Assembly: GCA_947479755.1 (NCBI GenBank)
Contig: CANKAM010000008.1
Coordinates: 37,880-101,879, forward strand
Length of the DNA: 64,000 nucleotides
From: Bacteroidota bacterium
Lineage (GTDB): Bacteria > Bacteroidota > Bacteroidia > SXHM01
Direction: 5' to 3'
The notes under the pieces were generated by a model. The model saw only the letters and a list, made by a program, of their open reading frames with translations, was not told the origin of the DNA and did not search any database. Below are positions 55,895 through 64,000 of the stretch, piece after piece. How positions within the stretch are numbered: position 1 is the first letter of the stretch; the number at the start of each line of letters is the position of its first letter. Both the position numbers and the translations under genes were made by a program.

Positions 55895-56020
55895 ATGGAA
55901 AAAGATCATTGGCAAAAACATAAGGACAGGCAAAAACAGATGGAGCGCATAGCGTATATATCACTTCTATTCCTGCTGGTTGTGTTAACAGGATTTTATC
56001 TCTTTACCATCTATAAGTAA
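55895..56020 (+). CDS. Possible 41-aa single-pass membrane micro-protein
   Basis: The sequence is MEKDHWQKHKDRQKQMERIAYISLLFLLVVLTGFYLFTIYK, a basic N-terminus followed by one TM helix. It ends 18 nt before the SiaC-like gene and is below the ORF-track length cutoff. Confidence 0.3.
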   Translation: MEKDHWQKHKDRQKQMERIAYISLLFLLVVLTGFYLFTIYK

Positions 56021-56038
56021 TCTGCTGCGCAACAACCT

Positions 56039-56416
56039 ATGGAAACCTTTTATCTGCCTGCTACAAAATTATCACCCGAAATAAATTTAAATCCAAACAC
56101 CGGATTGCTCACTTTTAAAGGGCGCTCAACGCACGAAAATCCTGTTGTGTTTTATGAACCCATTATTCAATGGCTGCATGAGTATTCCAAACAGCCTGCA
56201 CCACAAACCACCCTGCATATATATGTTGACTATTTCAATACCGCATCCTCTAAGTGCCTGCTTGATATATTAAAGAAAGCGCAAGATATTAGTCAAACAG
56301 GTAACAGCCTAAGCGTAAAGTGGGAATACGAAACGGGTGATGATGCCATGCACGAAGCCGGACAGGATTACTCTGAAATTCTGAAATTTCCGTTTCAGTT
56401 TATTGAAAGTAATTAG
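56039..56416 (+). CDS. SiaC-family (DUF1987) regulatory phosphoprotein-like
   Basis: TKLSPEINLNPNTGLLTFKGRSTHENPVVFYEPIIQWLHEY...VDYFNTASSKCLLDILK is the characteristic DUF1987 pattern, and the length is 125 aa. Confidence 0.7.
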   Translation: METFYLPATKLSPEINLNPNTGLLTFKGRSTHENPVVFYEPIIQWLHEYSKQPAPQTTLHIYVDYFNTASSKCLLDILKKAQDISQTGNSLSVKWEYETGDDAMHEAGQDYSEILKFPFQFIESN

Positions 56417-56485
56417 TTGCTGAAGTAGGGGTGCTCTGTTTTGTGTCTGTGTAATAAATCCACTGCTACCTCTTCTGAGTTTAGT

Positions 56486-56493
56486 TAGCTTTG
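56486..56493 (+). promoter_or_regulatory. Candidate -7 box (TAnnTTTG)
   Basis: TAGCTTTG ends 18 nt before the ATG at 56512. Confidence 0.35.
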
Positions 56494-56511
56494 CTACTTT
56501 AATAACAAGAT

Positions 56512-57228
56512 ATGAAGTATATTCAACAACGTATTTTTGCAATATTGTTAATTTCAATAGTAAGCTTTGACCAAAGCAGTGCACAAACTGAAATAAAGGC
56601 AGTAGAAGTTGGAGCAAGCTATACCGTTTATAACCGTCCCGACCTTGCTAACTATCTTAAAACAGTTGCAGATTCAGCTCAGCTTACCACTACACTTGGC
56701 AGCACCCCAAGCTATGGCATACAACTTCGCTACCTTATCCGCAAAAACAAAATAGAATTTGAAGGAGGTTTAGCCTATTCCATTTCTTTAAATAATGCAA
56801 AATCTAGTGCCGGTGGTTCAGTAAATAATAAAACCCACGATGTAGGATTTATTCTGGGAGTAAATTATGTACCCGTTCCATTTCTTTTTGTTGGAGCACA
56901 GTTTATACTCAATTCCTTTGGCGGCAACACTAAACTAGATGGAGCACTGCCAATTGCCATAACAGATCACATAGGTCCGGGTCCTGATGCAGGTATTAAT
57001 ATTTTCAGAGGCTACTCTGTTATTGGTCGTGCACAGGCAGGATTTAATATTCCCTTTTTAGTTGAAGGAAACAGAGGTATGCGTGTGTTTGGTTATTACG
57101 ATATTGGTTCAGGCTTTGACTTCTACAATTCAATGGACAATCAACTTGTCAAGTATAGCGGCAAACAAAAGACCTATACCACAGGATGGGGTTGCGGTCT
57201 TCTGTTCTACATCGGAAAGAAGAGATAA
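56512..57228 (+). CDS. Outer-membrane beta-barrel protein (porin-family/OmpW-like size)
   Basis: It has a signal peptide (…SSAQ), alternating beta-strand pattern, and an aromatic-rich C-terminal strand region (GWGCGLLFYIG). Confidence 0.55.
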   Translation: MKYIQQRIFAILLISIVSFDQSSAQTEIKAVEVGASYTVYNRPDLANYLKTVADSAQLTTTLGSTPSYGIQLRYLIRKNKIEFEGGLAYSISLNNAKSSAGGSVNNKTHDVGFILGVNYVPVPFLFVGAQFILNSFGGNTKLDGALPIAITDHIGPGPDAGINIFRGYSVIGRAQAGFNIPFLVEGNRGMRVFGYYDIGSGFDFYNSMDNQLVKYSGKQKTYTTGWGCGLLFYIGKKR

Positions 57229-57269
57229 CAGGGTTTCAGGCAGGGAGATTATCAATTTCGATCAATTTA

Positions 57270-57310
57270 CCTTTGCGCCCTTTGCGTGCATCCCTTTGCG
57301 TCCTTTGCGG
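57270..57310 (+). repeat. Cluster of four CTTTGCG heptamers (family D)
   Basis: CCTTTGCGCCCTTTGCGTGCATCCCTTTGCGTCCTTTGCGG lies about 60 nt upstream of the FISUMP gene, in the same orientation as the cluster at 4518. Confidence 0.6.
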
Positions 57311-57342
57311 TTAAAAAGAATTTGTAAAAAACAAAACTTTTG

Positions 57343-57350
57343 TATTTTTG
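57343..57350 (+). promoter_or_regulatory. Candidate -7 box (TAnnTTTG)
   Basis: TATTTTTG ends 22 nt before the ATG at 57373. Confidence 0.35.
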
Positions 57351-57372
57351 ATGTAACCAAACAAACTGCATC

Positions 57373-58359
57373 ATGAAAAACAAAACATTGTTATCTTCAT
57401 TAGCATTAATTTCTGTTTCGCTAATACTGCTGTCGGGCTGCCTCTTCCCTAAAGAAGATCCGGAGTATCCCGAACTAACCACCAACATTGTTAATGATAT
57501 TACACAAACCACCGCCACCTCGGGCGGGTTTATTTTATCAGATGGCAATGCTGATATAACCGAAAAAGGTGTGTGTTGGAATCAATGGTTTACTCCTTAC
57601 TCCACCGACAGTCATACCAGTGATGGAACGGGCAGCGGAAGTTTTACAAGTTACCTCACCGGGTTGTTGCCCAATACATTTTATTATGTTCGTGCCTATG
57701 CCACCAACGAAATGGGAACCAGCTATGGCGAAACACAAACCTTTACTACCGGCACGGGTGGAGGTGGCGGCAACACCGTAACCGATGTAGACGGCAATAC
57801 TTATAACACCGTAACCATAGGCGGACAAATATGGATGGACGAAAACCTGAAAGTAACACACTATCGCAATGGCGATGCCATACCGTATGTATCAGATGCC
57901 GTTGCCTGGAGCACCGCCAGCGGAGCCTATTGCAACTACGATAATCTGCAAGGCAATGCCGATGTGTATGGAAGATTATACAACTGGGCTGCGGTAAACG
58001 ACAGTCGTAACATTGCACCCACAGGATGGCACGTACCCAGCTACAACGAGTGGCTTACGCTGATGAACAATACCGGAGGCTATGATTATTCGGGGGGTAA
58101 ATTAAAAGAAACAGGAAACGCACACTGGACGGCACCTAACAATGCATCAGATGAATATGGTTTTGCAGCGCTACCCAGCGGTCTGCGCGATCAGCTTGGA
58201 AATTATTTTGCCATGGGAACTCAGGCTTACTGGTGGAGTTCAACCGAGGGAGATCCTGTTTATTCATGGGGAGCGGCTATCAGCTACAACGAAACCATTT
58301 TATACACCGTTGTTTATGAAAAGCCTTTAGGATTTGGGGTGCGCTGTGTAAAGGATTAG
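57373..58359 (+). CDS. FISUMP-domain (Fibrobacter succinogenes major paralogous domain) lipoprotein
   Basis: It has the lipobox LLSGC and the sequence VTDVDGNTYNTVTIGGQIWMDENL...YGRLYNWAAV...GWHVPSYNEWLTL...GGKLKETG...YWWSST...VRCVKD. Confidence 0.8.
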   Translation: MKNKTLLSSLALISVSLILLSGCLFPKEDPEYPELTTNIVNDITQTTATSGGFILSDGNADITEKGVCWNQWFTPYSTDSHTSDGTGSGSFTSYLTGLLPNTFYYVRAYATNEMGTSYGETQTFTTGTGGGGGNTVTDVDGNTYNTVTIGGQIWMDENLKVTHYRNGDAIPYVSDAVAWSTASGAYCNYDNLQGNADVYGRLYNWAAVNDSRNIAPTGWHVPSYNEWLTLMNNTGGYDYSGGKLKETGNAHWTAPNNASDEYGFAALPSGLRDQLGNYFAMGTQAYWWSSTEGDPVYSWGAAISYNETILYTVVYEKPLGFGVRCVKD

Positions 58360-58421
58360 GTATGGCACTATTTTAGTTTACCAAAGAAAAACACGTTACT
58401 TTGTAATCTAAACTAATCGTT

Positions 58422-58871
58422 ATGAAAACCGCTCGTATTTTTCTGTTCATTACCCTGAGCACCATCTTAGTTACCAACCCCGGCTGCAAAACCATTGAAC
58501 GGGCATTGCATAATATTATCCGTGCCAATGTAAACTCCAAACTGTTTACAACACAGGTAATATCGGGCACCGTTGTAGCAGGCCGCCTTACCCTTGCAGG
58601 AAGCACCACCACAGGCTCGCAGGCAATGACCATTGTTCTGCCTGCTACAATTAAACCCGGAACTTATAAATTGACATCAACCGGAAGTTATTTAATAGAA
58701 TACAAAGCCACCAGTCATGATGTGTATGCAGCCTCCAGCGGTGACCTTGTCATCACCAGCCACGATACGCAACTCAAAAAAATAAAAGGCAGCTTCAATT
58801 TCAAAGGACTGAATTTAAAATCAACTTCGGTAGATGTTACCAACGGAAGTTTCACAGTTTCGTATTATTAA
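58422..58871 (+). CDS. Small lipoprotein of unknown function
   Basis: It has a signal peptide with a Cys (NPGCK) and is 149 aa and beta-rich. It abuts the next gene with a 3-nt gap. Confidence 0.5.
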   Translation: MKTARIFLFITLSTILVTNPGCKTIERALHNIIRANVNSKLFTTQVISGTVVAGRLTLAGSTTTGSQAMTIVLPATIKPGTYKLTSTGSYLIEYKATSHDVYAASSGDLVITSHDTQLKKIKGSFNFKGLNLKSTSVDVTNGSFTVSYY

Positions 58872-58874
58872 TAA

Positions 58875-60110
58875 ATGAACATTAAACTAAATCTGTTAGT
58901 TCTCTTCTGTGCCGTCAATGCATTTACCAGCTTTGCACAAATAGCAGATTGCACCGATCCGCAGGCAACAAATTACAATCCTGCGGCTACCATTAACAAT
59001 GGTTCGTGTGTTTATTCCGTAACCAATTACAGTCCTGTACTTATCGGAAACCTGGGCTCGGCACTGAATGAATCATCAGGACTTGCCATTATTAATGGCG
59101 AGCTGTGGTCACACAACGACAGCGGAAACCCTAATGAAATTTACCGCATCAATACCGCTGATGCATCCGTAACAAGAACCGTTGTAATCGAAAATGCAAC
59201 AAATGTTGACTGGGAAAGTGTTACACAAAATGACGAGTATTTATTTGTCGGTGATTTCGGAAACAACAATGGCAACCGCACCAACCTCAACATTCTTAAA
59301 ATTTCCATTGACGATATTCTTAACACCGTAAATGATACCGTACAGGCCGAGGTAATTCAATTCAGCTATGCCGACCAAAGTACATTTGTATCAGCACCCA
59401 ACAACAATAACTACGATTGCGAAGCCTTCTTTTATGCCAATGATTCGCTGCACCTGTTCAGTAAAAACTGGGCAAACCTTAAAACAAAACATTATGTGCT
59501 TCCAGCAGAAGCAGGAACGCACCAGGCAGCGCCCACTGACAGCTTGAATGCAGATGGATTAATCACAGATGCCGCCACCAATGCAGACGGAACCGTTACA
59601 TTGTTAGGCTATAAAAATAACGGCAGCAATCTCTACACCTGTTTTATCTGGCTGGTGTATGATTATCCTTCACTGTATAATTGCTTTGGCGGCAACAAAA
59701 GAAGAATTGAAATAGGCTCTGCACTAACATTAGGCCAAACAGAAGGTATTACCCTAATGAATGATAATACCGGCTACATATCTTCCGAGTTGATAACGGC
59801 AGGTATATTTACGTTTCCTCCCAAGCTGCATTCGTTTAATATTGACAGCTATGTTTCGGACATTGTTACTGATGTAAACACTCAAACTACACAACCGGAA
59901 ATCACCATTTATCCGAATAATTTTACAGATACTTTTACTATAAACTATACTGCTCAGCTGAAGGTTGATTACCAATTGTCTGATGCATCCGGCAAACTAG
60001 TCTTGCAGGGAACTATCGCACCGGGAACAACCGTTATTGACACCAAACAACTTAGTGCAGGAATTTATTTCTTCACAGCAAACAGCATTTCAATAAAACT
60101 ATTGAAATAA
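58875..60110 (+). CDS. Secreted protein with T9SS type-A C-terminal sorting domain
   Basis: It has a signal peptide, a CTDPQATNYNPAATINNGSC module, and a central beta-propeller-like region. The C-terminus is ITIYPNNFTDTFTINY...GIYFFTANSISIKLLK. Confidence 0.7.
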   Translation: MNIKLNLLVLFCAVNAFTSFAQIADCTDPQATNYNPAATINNGSCVYSVTNYSPVLIGNLGSALNESSGLAIINGELWSHNDSGNPNEIYRINTADASVTRTVVIENATNVDWESVTQNDEYLFVGDFGNNNGNRTNLNILKISIDDILNTVNDTVQAEVIQFSYADQSTFVSAPNNNNYDCEAFFYANDSLHLFSKNWANLKTKHYVLPAEAGTHQAAPTDSLNADGLITDAATNADGTVTLLGYKNNGSNLYTCFIWLVYDYPSLYNCFGGNKRRIEIGSALTLGQTEGITLMNDNTGYISSELITAGIFTFPPKLHSFNIDSYVSDIVTDVNTQTTQPEITIYPNNFTDTFTINYTAQLKVDYQLSDASGKLVLQGTIAPGTTVIDTKQLSAGIYFFTANSISIKLLK

Positions 60111-60113
60111 AGC

Positions 60114-61304
60114 ATGAACGCAAAGCGAACCTATACTATCCTCGCTGTTTCCGTTGTTTTAGTTTTTGTTCTGCTTGCGCTCATCCGGCTTTATCCTTTT
60201 GATAATACGCTTCAACAAATTATTGCCGACAGTGGAAATGACTGGAGTAAATATGCAGTCAATGCCTTAGACATAATGCACAATGGCCTGTTGATGCAAG
60301 GCATAGAAGGTGCTTACGAAAAACCTGCAAGTTTTTTCTACAGCTATTTTCTTGCACTTTGTTTTACTCTTTTTGGTGAAAATAATATCCCCGTTTACCT
60401 GCTTCAAAATCTGATGCTGGGTTTTTCTATTGTGTTTATCTGGCTCACCTTCCGTGATAAAATGAGCAGAATTGTTTCGCTCATCTTTCTGTTTGCATTG
60501 GTTGTTGCCGGATTAACAGATGTAAGTATTTACTATACCTTTCGTTTCCTTGGCGAGAACCTTGCCTTATTTTCACTTTCTGTTTGCTTCCTCCTGTTTA
60601 AGAGAGGAATGGAAAAAGACAAGTTGCCGGCATTGCTTGTTTCTGCTTTATTTCTCGGGATTGCAGTGCTCACCCGCCCCAATATTCTTTTGTTTGCAAT
60701 AGCACTGATCCTACTGTTGTTGCTCTATGGATTTAAAACACAAAAAGTAAAACCGCTGTTGCTTTTTGTTTCAGTGCTTGTCATCACATCTTCCTTTTTA
60801 GCCATTCGCAATTACCTTGTTTGCCATTGCATTCAAATCATGCCCTCGCAGGGAATGTTGTTCAACATGATTGCCTTTCATCCTGTTCCAGCTTCTGTTG
60901 ATGTATCGCAAGCCACTACTTATTTTGACGCGTACCTTCAATACTTTTTACAGCAACCTGTTTTGTTCATTACCCATTATGTAAAAAAGGTGTTGTTCTG
61001 CTTTGGTTTTCTCAATGCAGTAGAATCTTCTTATCATTGGTTTCCTCATTGGACGCTGATGTGGCTGGGCTATTTTACTTACCTCTTTCTCCTGTTCCGC
61101 AACAAAACAAAAACAACACTTCATGAAAAAGCAATTCATCTTTTTATCTTCACTTATTTCGCTTCATTGGTATTAGTAGGACAAGTAGAAAACTATGGTT
61201 TCCGTATGTTAATACCGGGCAATTTTTTTGTGCTTTCCTTTGCTTTTATAGCATTAGATAAACTCATTTACTTGTTGAAAAACAAACCCGTTGTGTCACC
61301 CTGA
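60114..61304 (+). CDS. Polytopic membrane protein, GT-C/ArnT-like candidate
   Basis: It has about 10 helices and a periplasmic-loop pattern similar to PMT_2-type glycosyltransferases. Its last codons and stop lie within a repeat half-element. Confidence 0.5.
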   Translation: MNAKRTYTILAVSVVLVFVLLALIRLYPFDNTLQQIIADSGNDWSKYAVNALDIMHNGLLMQGIEGAYEKPASFFYSYFLALCFTLFGENNIPVYLLQNLMLGFSIVFIWLTFRDKMSRIVSLIFLFALVVAGLTDVSIYYTFRFLGENLALFSLSVCFLLFKRGMEKDKLPALLVSALFLGIAVLTRPNILLFAIALILLLLLYGFKTQKVKPLLLFVSVLVITSSFLAIRNYLVCHCIQIMPSQGMLFNMIAFHPVPASVDVSQATTYFDAYLQYFLQQPVLFITHYVKKVLFCFGFLNAVESSYHWFPHWTLMWLGYFTYLFLLFRNKTKTTLHEKAIHLFIFTYFASLVLVGQVENYGFRMLIPGNFFVLSFAFIALDKLIYLLKNKPVVSP

Positions 61305-61318
61305 GCGAAGTCGAAGGG
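61295..61318. repeat. Solo half-element related to family A terminus
   Basis: GTCACCCTGAGCGAAGTCGAAGGG shares GTCACCCTGA with the inverted end of family A. It supplies the TGA stop (61302-61304) of the upstream gene. Confidence 0.55.
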
Positions 61319-61320
61319 CT

Positions 61321-61328
61321 TAAATTTG
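61321..61328 (+). promoter_or_regulatory. Candidate -7 box (TAnnTTTG) for mpl
   Basis: TAAATTTG ends 19 nt before the ATG at 61348. Confidence 0.4.
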
Positions 61329-61347
61329 CTGCTTAAATCAGATTAAT

Positions 61348-62712
61348 ATGAACGTCCATTTTATAGCCATAGGCGGAAGCGCCATGCACAATCTGGCTCT
61401 TGCCATGCATAAGAAAGGTTATCACATTACCGGCTCAGATGATGAAGTGTTTGAGCCTTCCAAAACACGACTAAAAAATGCAGGAATACTTCCTGAACAC
61501 GAAGGCTGGTTTCCCGAAAAACTCAACAAAGAGTTAGATGCTGTAATCCTCGGCATGCATGCACGTGCTGATAATCCAGAACTGGCACGCGCAAAGGAAT
61601 TGGGTTTAAAAATCTTCTCGTATCCCGAATACATTTATGAAGAGACAAAGAATAAAACACGTGTTGTTATAGGTGGCAGTCATGGTAAAACCACCATCAC
61701 GGCTATGATCTTGCACGTTCTCAGTTTCCATAAAATTGATTGCGATTACATGGTTGGCGCGCAGTTAGCGGGTTTTGATACCATGGTAAAGCTGTCGGAA
61801 GAAGCAAAAATTGCAGTGATTGAAGGTGATGAATACCTCAGTTCTCCCATCGACCGCAGGCCAAAGTTTCATCTCTATAAACCAAACATCGCTATTCTCA
61901 GCGGCATTGCTTGGGATCATATCAATGTGTTTCCCACCTTTGATAATTATGTGGAGCAGTTCAGAATATTCGTGAACTTAATTTCTGAAAATGGTGTGCT
62001 TGTTTATTGCGCAGAAGATGCTGAAGTGAAAAAAGTAGCAGAAGAAACAACCAACAACATAAAGAAACTGCCATACTCTGTTCCTGCACATATAATTGAA
62101 AATGGAATTACTACGTTGATTCCTCAAAACATTGCACCGGTTCCTCTTGCTGTTTTTGGAAAACACAATCTAATGAACTTAAATGGCGCACGAATGGTAT
62201 GCAATCAGATTGGTGTTTCTGACGAAATGTTTTATGATGCAATACAATCTTTCAAAGGCGCATCCAATCGTCTGGAGTTACTTTTTAAAAATGAATACAC
62301 TACAATCTTTCGCGATTTTGCACACTCACCTTCTAAACTGAAAGCCACTACTGCAGCGGTAAAAGAACAATATCCAAATCGCAAATTGATTGCCTGTATG
62401 GAGCTGCATACCTTCAGCAGTTTAAATGAAAACTTCCTTGCCGAATATAAAGGCGCAATGGACAAAGCAGATGTTGCTATTGTATATTATAACCCACACA
62501 CAATCGAACACAAAAAACTGAAACCCATCACAATTGAACAAGTGAAACAGGCCTTTGCACGAAAAGATTTGCAGGTGTTCACCAACTCTCAGGAACTCAT
62601 GAACACGATGAAAACATCAGGCTTTCACGACACCAATCTTCTGTTAATGAGTTCCGGAAATTATGATGGTGTAGATGTAAAGAACATTGCTACTATCTTT
62701 GGGCTGAAATAA
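61348..62712 (+). CDS. mpl: UDP-N-acetylmuramate:L-alanyl-gamma-D-glutamyl-meso-diaminopimelate ligase (Mur ligase family, Mpl type)
   Basis: It has the HFIAIGGSAMHNLALAMHKKGYHITGSD N-terminus, the GSHGKTTITAMI P-loop, and IEGDEY. Confidence 0.75.
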   Translation: MNVHFIAIGGSAMHNLALAMHKKGYHITGSDDEVFEPSKTRLKNAGILPEHEGWFPEKLNKELDAVILGMHARADNPELARAKELGLKIFSYPEYIYEETKNKTRVVIGGSHGKTTITAMILHVLSFHKIDCDYMVGAQLAGFDTMVKLSEEAKIAVIEGDEYLSSPIDRRPKFHLYKPNIAILSGIAWDHINVFPTFDNYVEQFRIFVNLISENGVLVYCAEDAEVKKVAEETTNNIKKLPYSVPAHIIENGITTLIPQNIAPVPLAVFGKHNLMNLNGARMVCNQIGVSDEMFYDAIQSFKGASNRLELLFKNEYTTIFRDFAHSPSKLKATTAAVKEQYPNRKLIACMELHTFSSLNENFLAEYKGAMDKADVAIVYYNPHTIEHKKLKPITIEQVKQAFARKDLQVFTNSQELMNTMKTSGFHDTNLLLMSSGNYDGVDVKNIATIFGLK

Positions 62713-62723
62713 AATTAACCGTT

Positions 62724-62788
62724 CGTCATGCTGAATTTGTTTCAGCATCTTTTAATTTTTAGACCCTGAAACAAGTTCAGGGTGACGG
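62724..62788. repeat. Interspersed double-hairpin palindromic element, family A (copy 3)
   Basis: The sequence is CGTCATGCTGAATTTGTTTCAGCATC...CCCTGAAACAAGTTCAGGGTGACGG. Confidence 0.85.
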
Positions 62789-62811
62789 AATAAAAAAACT
62801 AACTACAGAAT

Positions 62812-64000
62812 ATGAAAAAAGTCCTCCTTATTATCGGAATTGTATTTGCCCTTATAATAGGCGCTGCCGTTGTTCTTCCTTTGGTTTACAAAGACAAAAT
62901 AATTGCCCTTGTAAAAGATGAAGCCAACAAAAACCTCAATGCCAAAATCAATTTTGGTGACTTTGGTTTGTCGCTTATTTCTTCTTTTCCTGATTTTCGT
63001 ATTTGCATGGAAGATATTTCTGTTGCAGGAATTAATGAGTTTGAAGGAGATACACTTGCGTTCATTAAAGAACTAAATCTTGATGTGGATATCATGAGTG
63101 TTATCAATGGAAAAGGGATTGGAATCAACGCCATTATTCTGGATGCTCCGAGAATTAATGCTCACATTTTGAAAGGTGGAAAAGCAAATTGGGATATCAC
63201 CAAACCATCAGCAGATACAGTTGCAGCAGCACCTTCCGAGCCTTCCACCTTTTCATTGAAACTGAAAAAACTAAAAATAAGTGACGGTGATATTGTTTAT
63301 AATGACGAAGACGGAAACATGTTTGCTTCGATCAAAGACCTTGATCTTACGCTGAAAGGCGATATGACTCAGGATAATACTTCATTGGATACCGAAGCTG
63401 AAATTGCTGCTCTTGATGTGGTAATGGACGGAGTAAAATACCTGAGCAAAACAAACACAGAACTAAAAGCTGTGATTGATGCCGATATGAAGAACTCGAA
63501 ATACACCTTTACTGAAAACGAGTTACGACTTAACAACCTGTTCCTTGGCTTTGATGGCTGGGTTGCAATGCCAACCGAAGACATTGATATGGACATTAAA
63601 TTCAATGCGAAGAAAACTGATTTTAAATACATTCTTTCGCTTATTCCTGCGGTGTACGCAAAAGATTTTGACAAGGTAAAGACAGAAGGAAAACTTGCGT
63701 TGGATGGTTTTGCTAAAGGTCGCTACAACGAAAAAATGCTGCCAGCTTTTGGTTTGAAAATATTGGTTGAGAATGCCATGTTTAAATATCCTGATCTGCC
63801 AAAACAGGTGGACAATATCAATATTGATGTGAAGATTAACAATCCCGGAGTAGATGCAGATTTAACAGTGATTGACATCAGCAAATTCAACTTTGAAATT
63901 GCTGAAAACCCCGTGGACATGAAGTTCTTAATCAAAACTCCTGTATCTGACCCCGACATTGACGGAAAAATTGCAGGTAAAATTGATCTCGCAAGTGTGA
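62812..64000 (+). CDS. AsmA-family outer-membrane biogenesis protein (3' end outside window)
   Basis: It is absent from the ORF track because no stop is reached. My own translation from the ATG at 62812 stays open to base 64000. An N-terminal TM anchor (LLIIGIVFALIIGAAVVLPLV) is followed by ...NAKINFGDFGLSLISSFPDF..., typical of AsmA N-termini. Confidence 0.65.
   Translation, partial: MKKVLLIIGIVFALIIGAAVVLPLVYKDKIIALVKDEANKNLNAKINFGDFGLSLISSFPDFRICMEDISVAGINEFEGDTLAFIKELNLDVDIMSVINGKGIGINAIILDAPRINAHILKGGKANWDITKPSADTVAAAPSEPSTFSLKLKKLKISDGDIVYNDEDGNMFASIKDLDLTLKGDMTQDNTSLDTEAEIAALDVVMDGVKYLSKTNTELKAVIDADMKNSKYTFTENELRLNNLFLGFDGWVAMPTEDIDMDIKFNAKKTDFKYILSLIPAVYAKDFDKVKTEGKLALDGFAKGRYNEKMLPAFGLKILVENAMFKYPDLPKQVDNINIDVKINNPGVDADLTVIDISKFNFEIAENPVDMKFLIKTPVSDPDIDGKIAGKIDLASV

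Noticed and set aside
1-64000. Mobile genetic element, prophage, defence island, tRNA or rRNA genes
   Set aside because: I recognised no transposase, integrase, recombinase, reverse transcriptase, phage structural gene, restriction/abortive-infection gene or cas gene in any frame. No intergenic region shows tRNA-like T-arm or anticodon-arm features.

Overview
This is a 64-kb chromosomal segment that looks Bacteroidota-derived. The evidence is several T9SS type-A and type-B C-terminal sorting domains, TAnnTTTG -7 boxes about 20 nt upstream of start codons with no Shine-Dalgarno sequences, a FISUMP lipoprotein, and REP-like hairpin elements typical of the phylum. I call about 62 protein genes. 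I found no rRNA, tRNA, CRISPR, transposase, integrase or reverse transcriptase.

Bases ~800-38600 form a mosaic, AT-rich glycan-biosynthesis super-locus. It contains gmd/fcl plus a GT11 alpha-1,2-fucosyltransferase, wecE and a second DegT aminotransferase, and about 8 GT2, one GT4 and one HlpA-like GT. It also has a polyprenyl-P glycosyltransferase with GT-C-like membrane proteins, five methyltransferases, and a LuxC/LuxE/AMP-ligase/SDR cassette. Further components are an ACP/MaoC/NeuD-type acyl module, a HisH/HisF (WbuY/WbuZ-like) pair, and two complete Wzm/Wzt ABC exporters. The operons alternate in direction, and the convergent ones abut with 0, 0 and -14 bp of spacing.

Bases ~38600-64000 carry housekeeping genes (mdh, sucC, rlmF, mpl, a UbiB-type kinase, a DbpA-type helicase, a rhomboid protease, and AsmA, which runs off the window end). 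These are interleaved with secreted, lipoprotein and T9SS genes and with two families of palindromic interspersed repeats.

The most unusual signal is a pair of paralogous, comparatively GC-rich genes (17830-18507 and 51999-52715, both minus strand). Each encodes a helical-domain plus FN3-like protein with no signal peptide, and each lies downstream of about six tandem units with a 42-bp (four helical turns) period. The second array is nearly perfect and sits directly downstream of a PAS-like/LuxR-type regulator gene. I know of no described system with this layout. All functional calls come from motif recognition by eye; no database search was possible.
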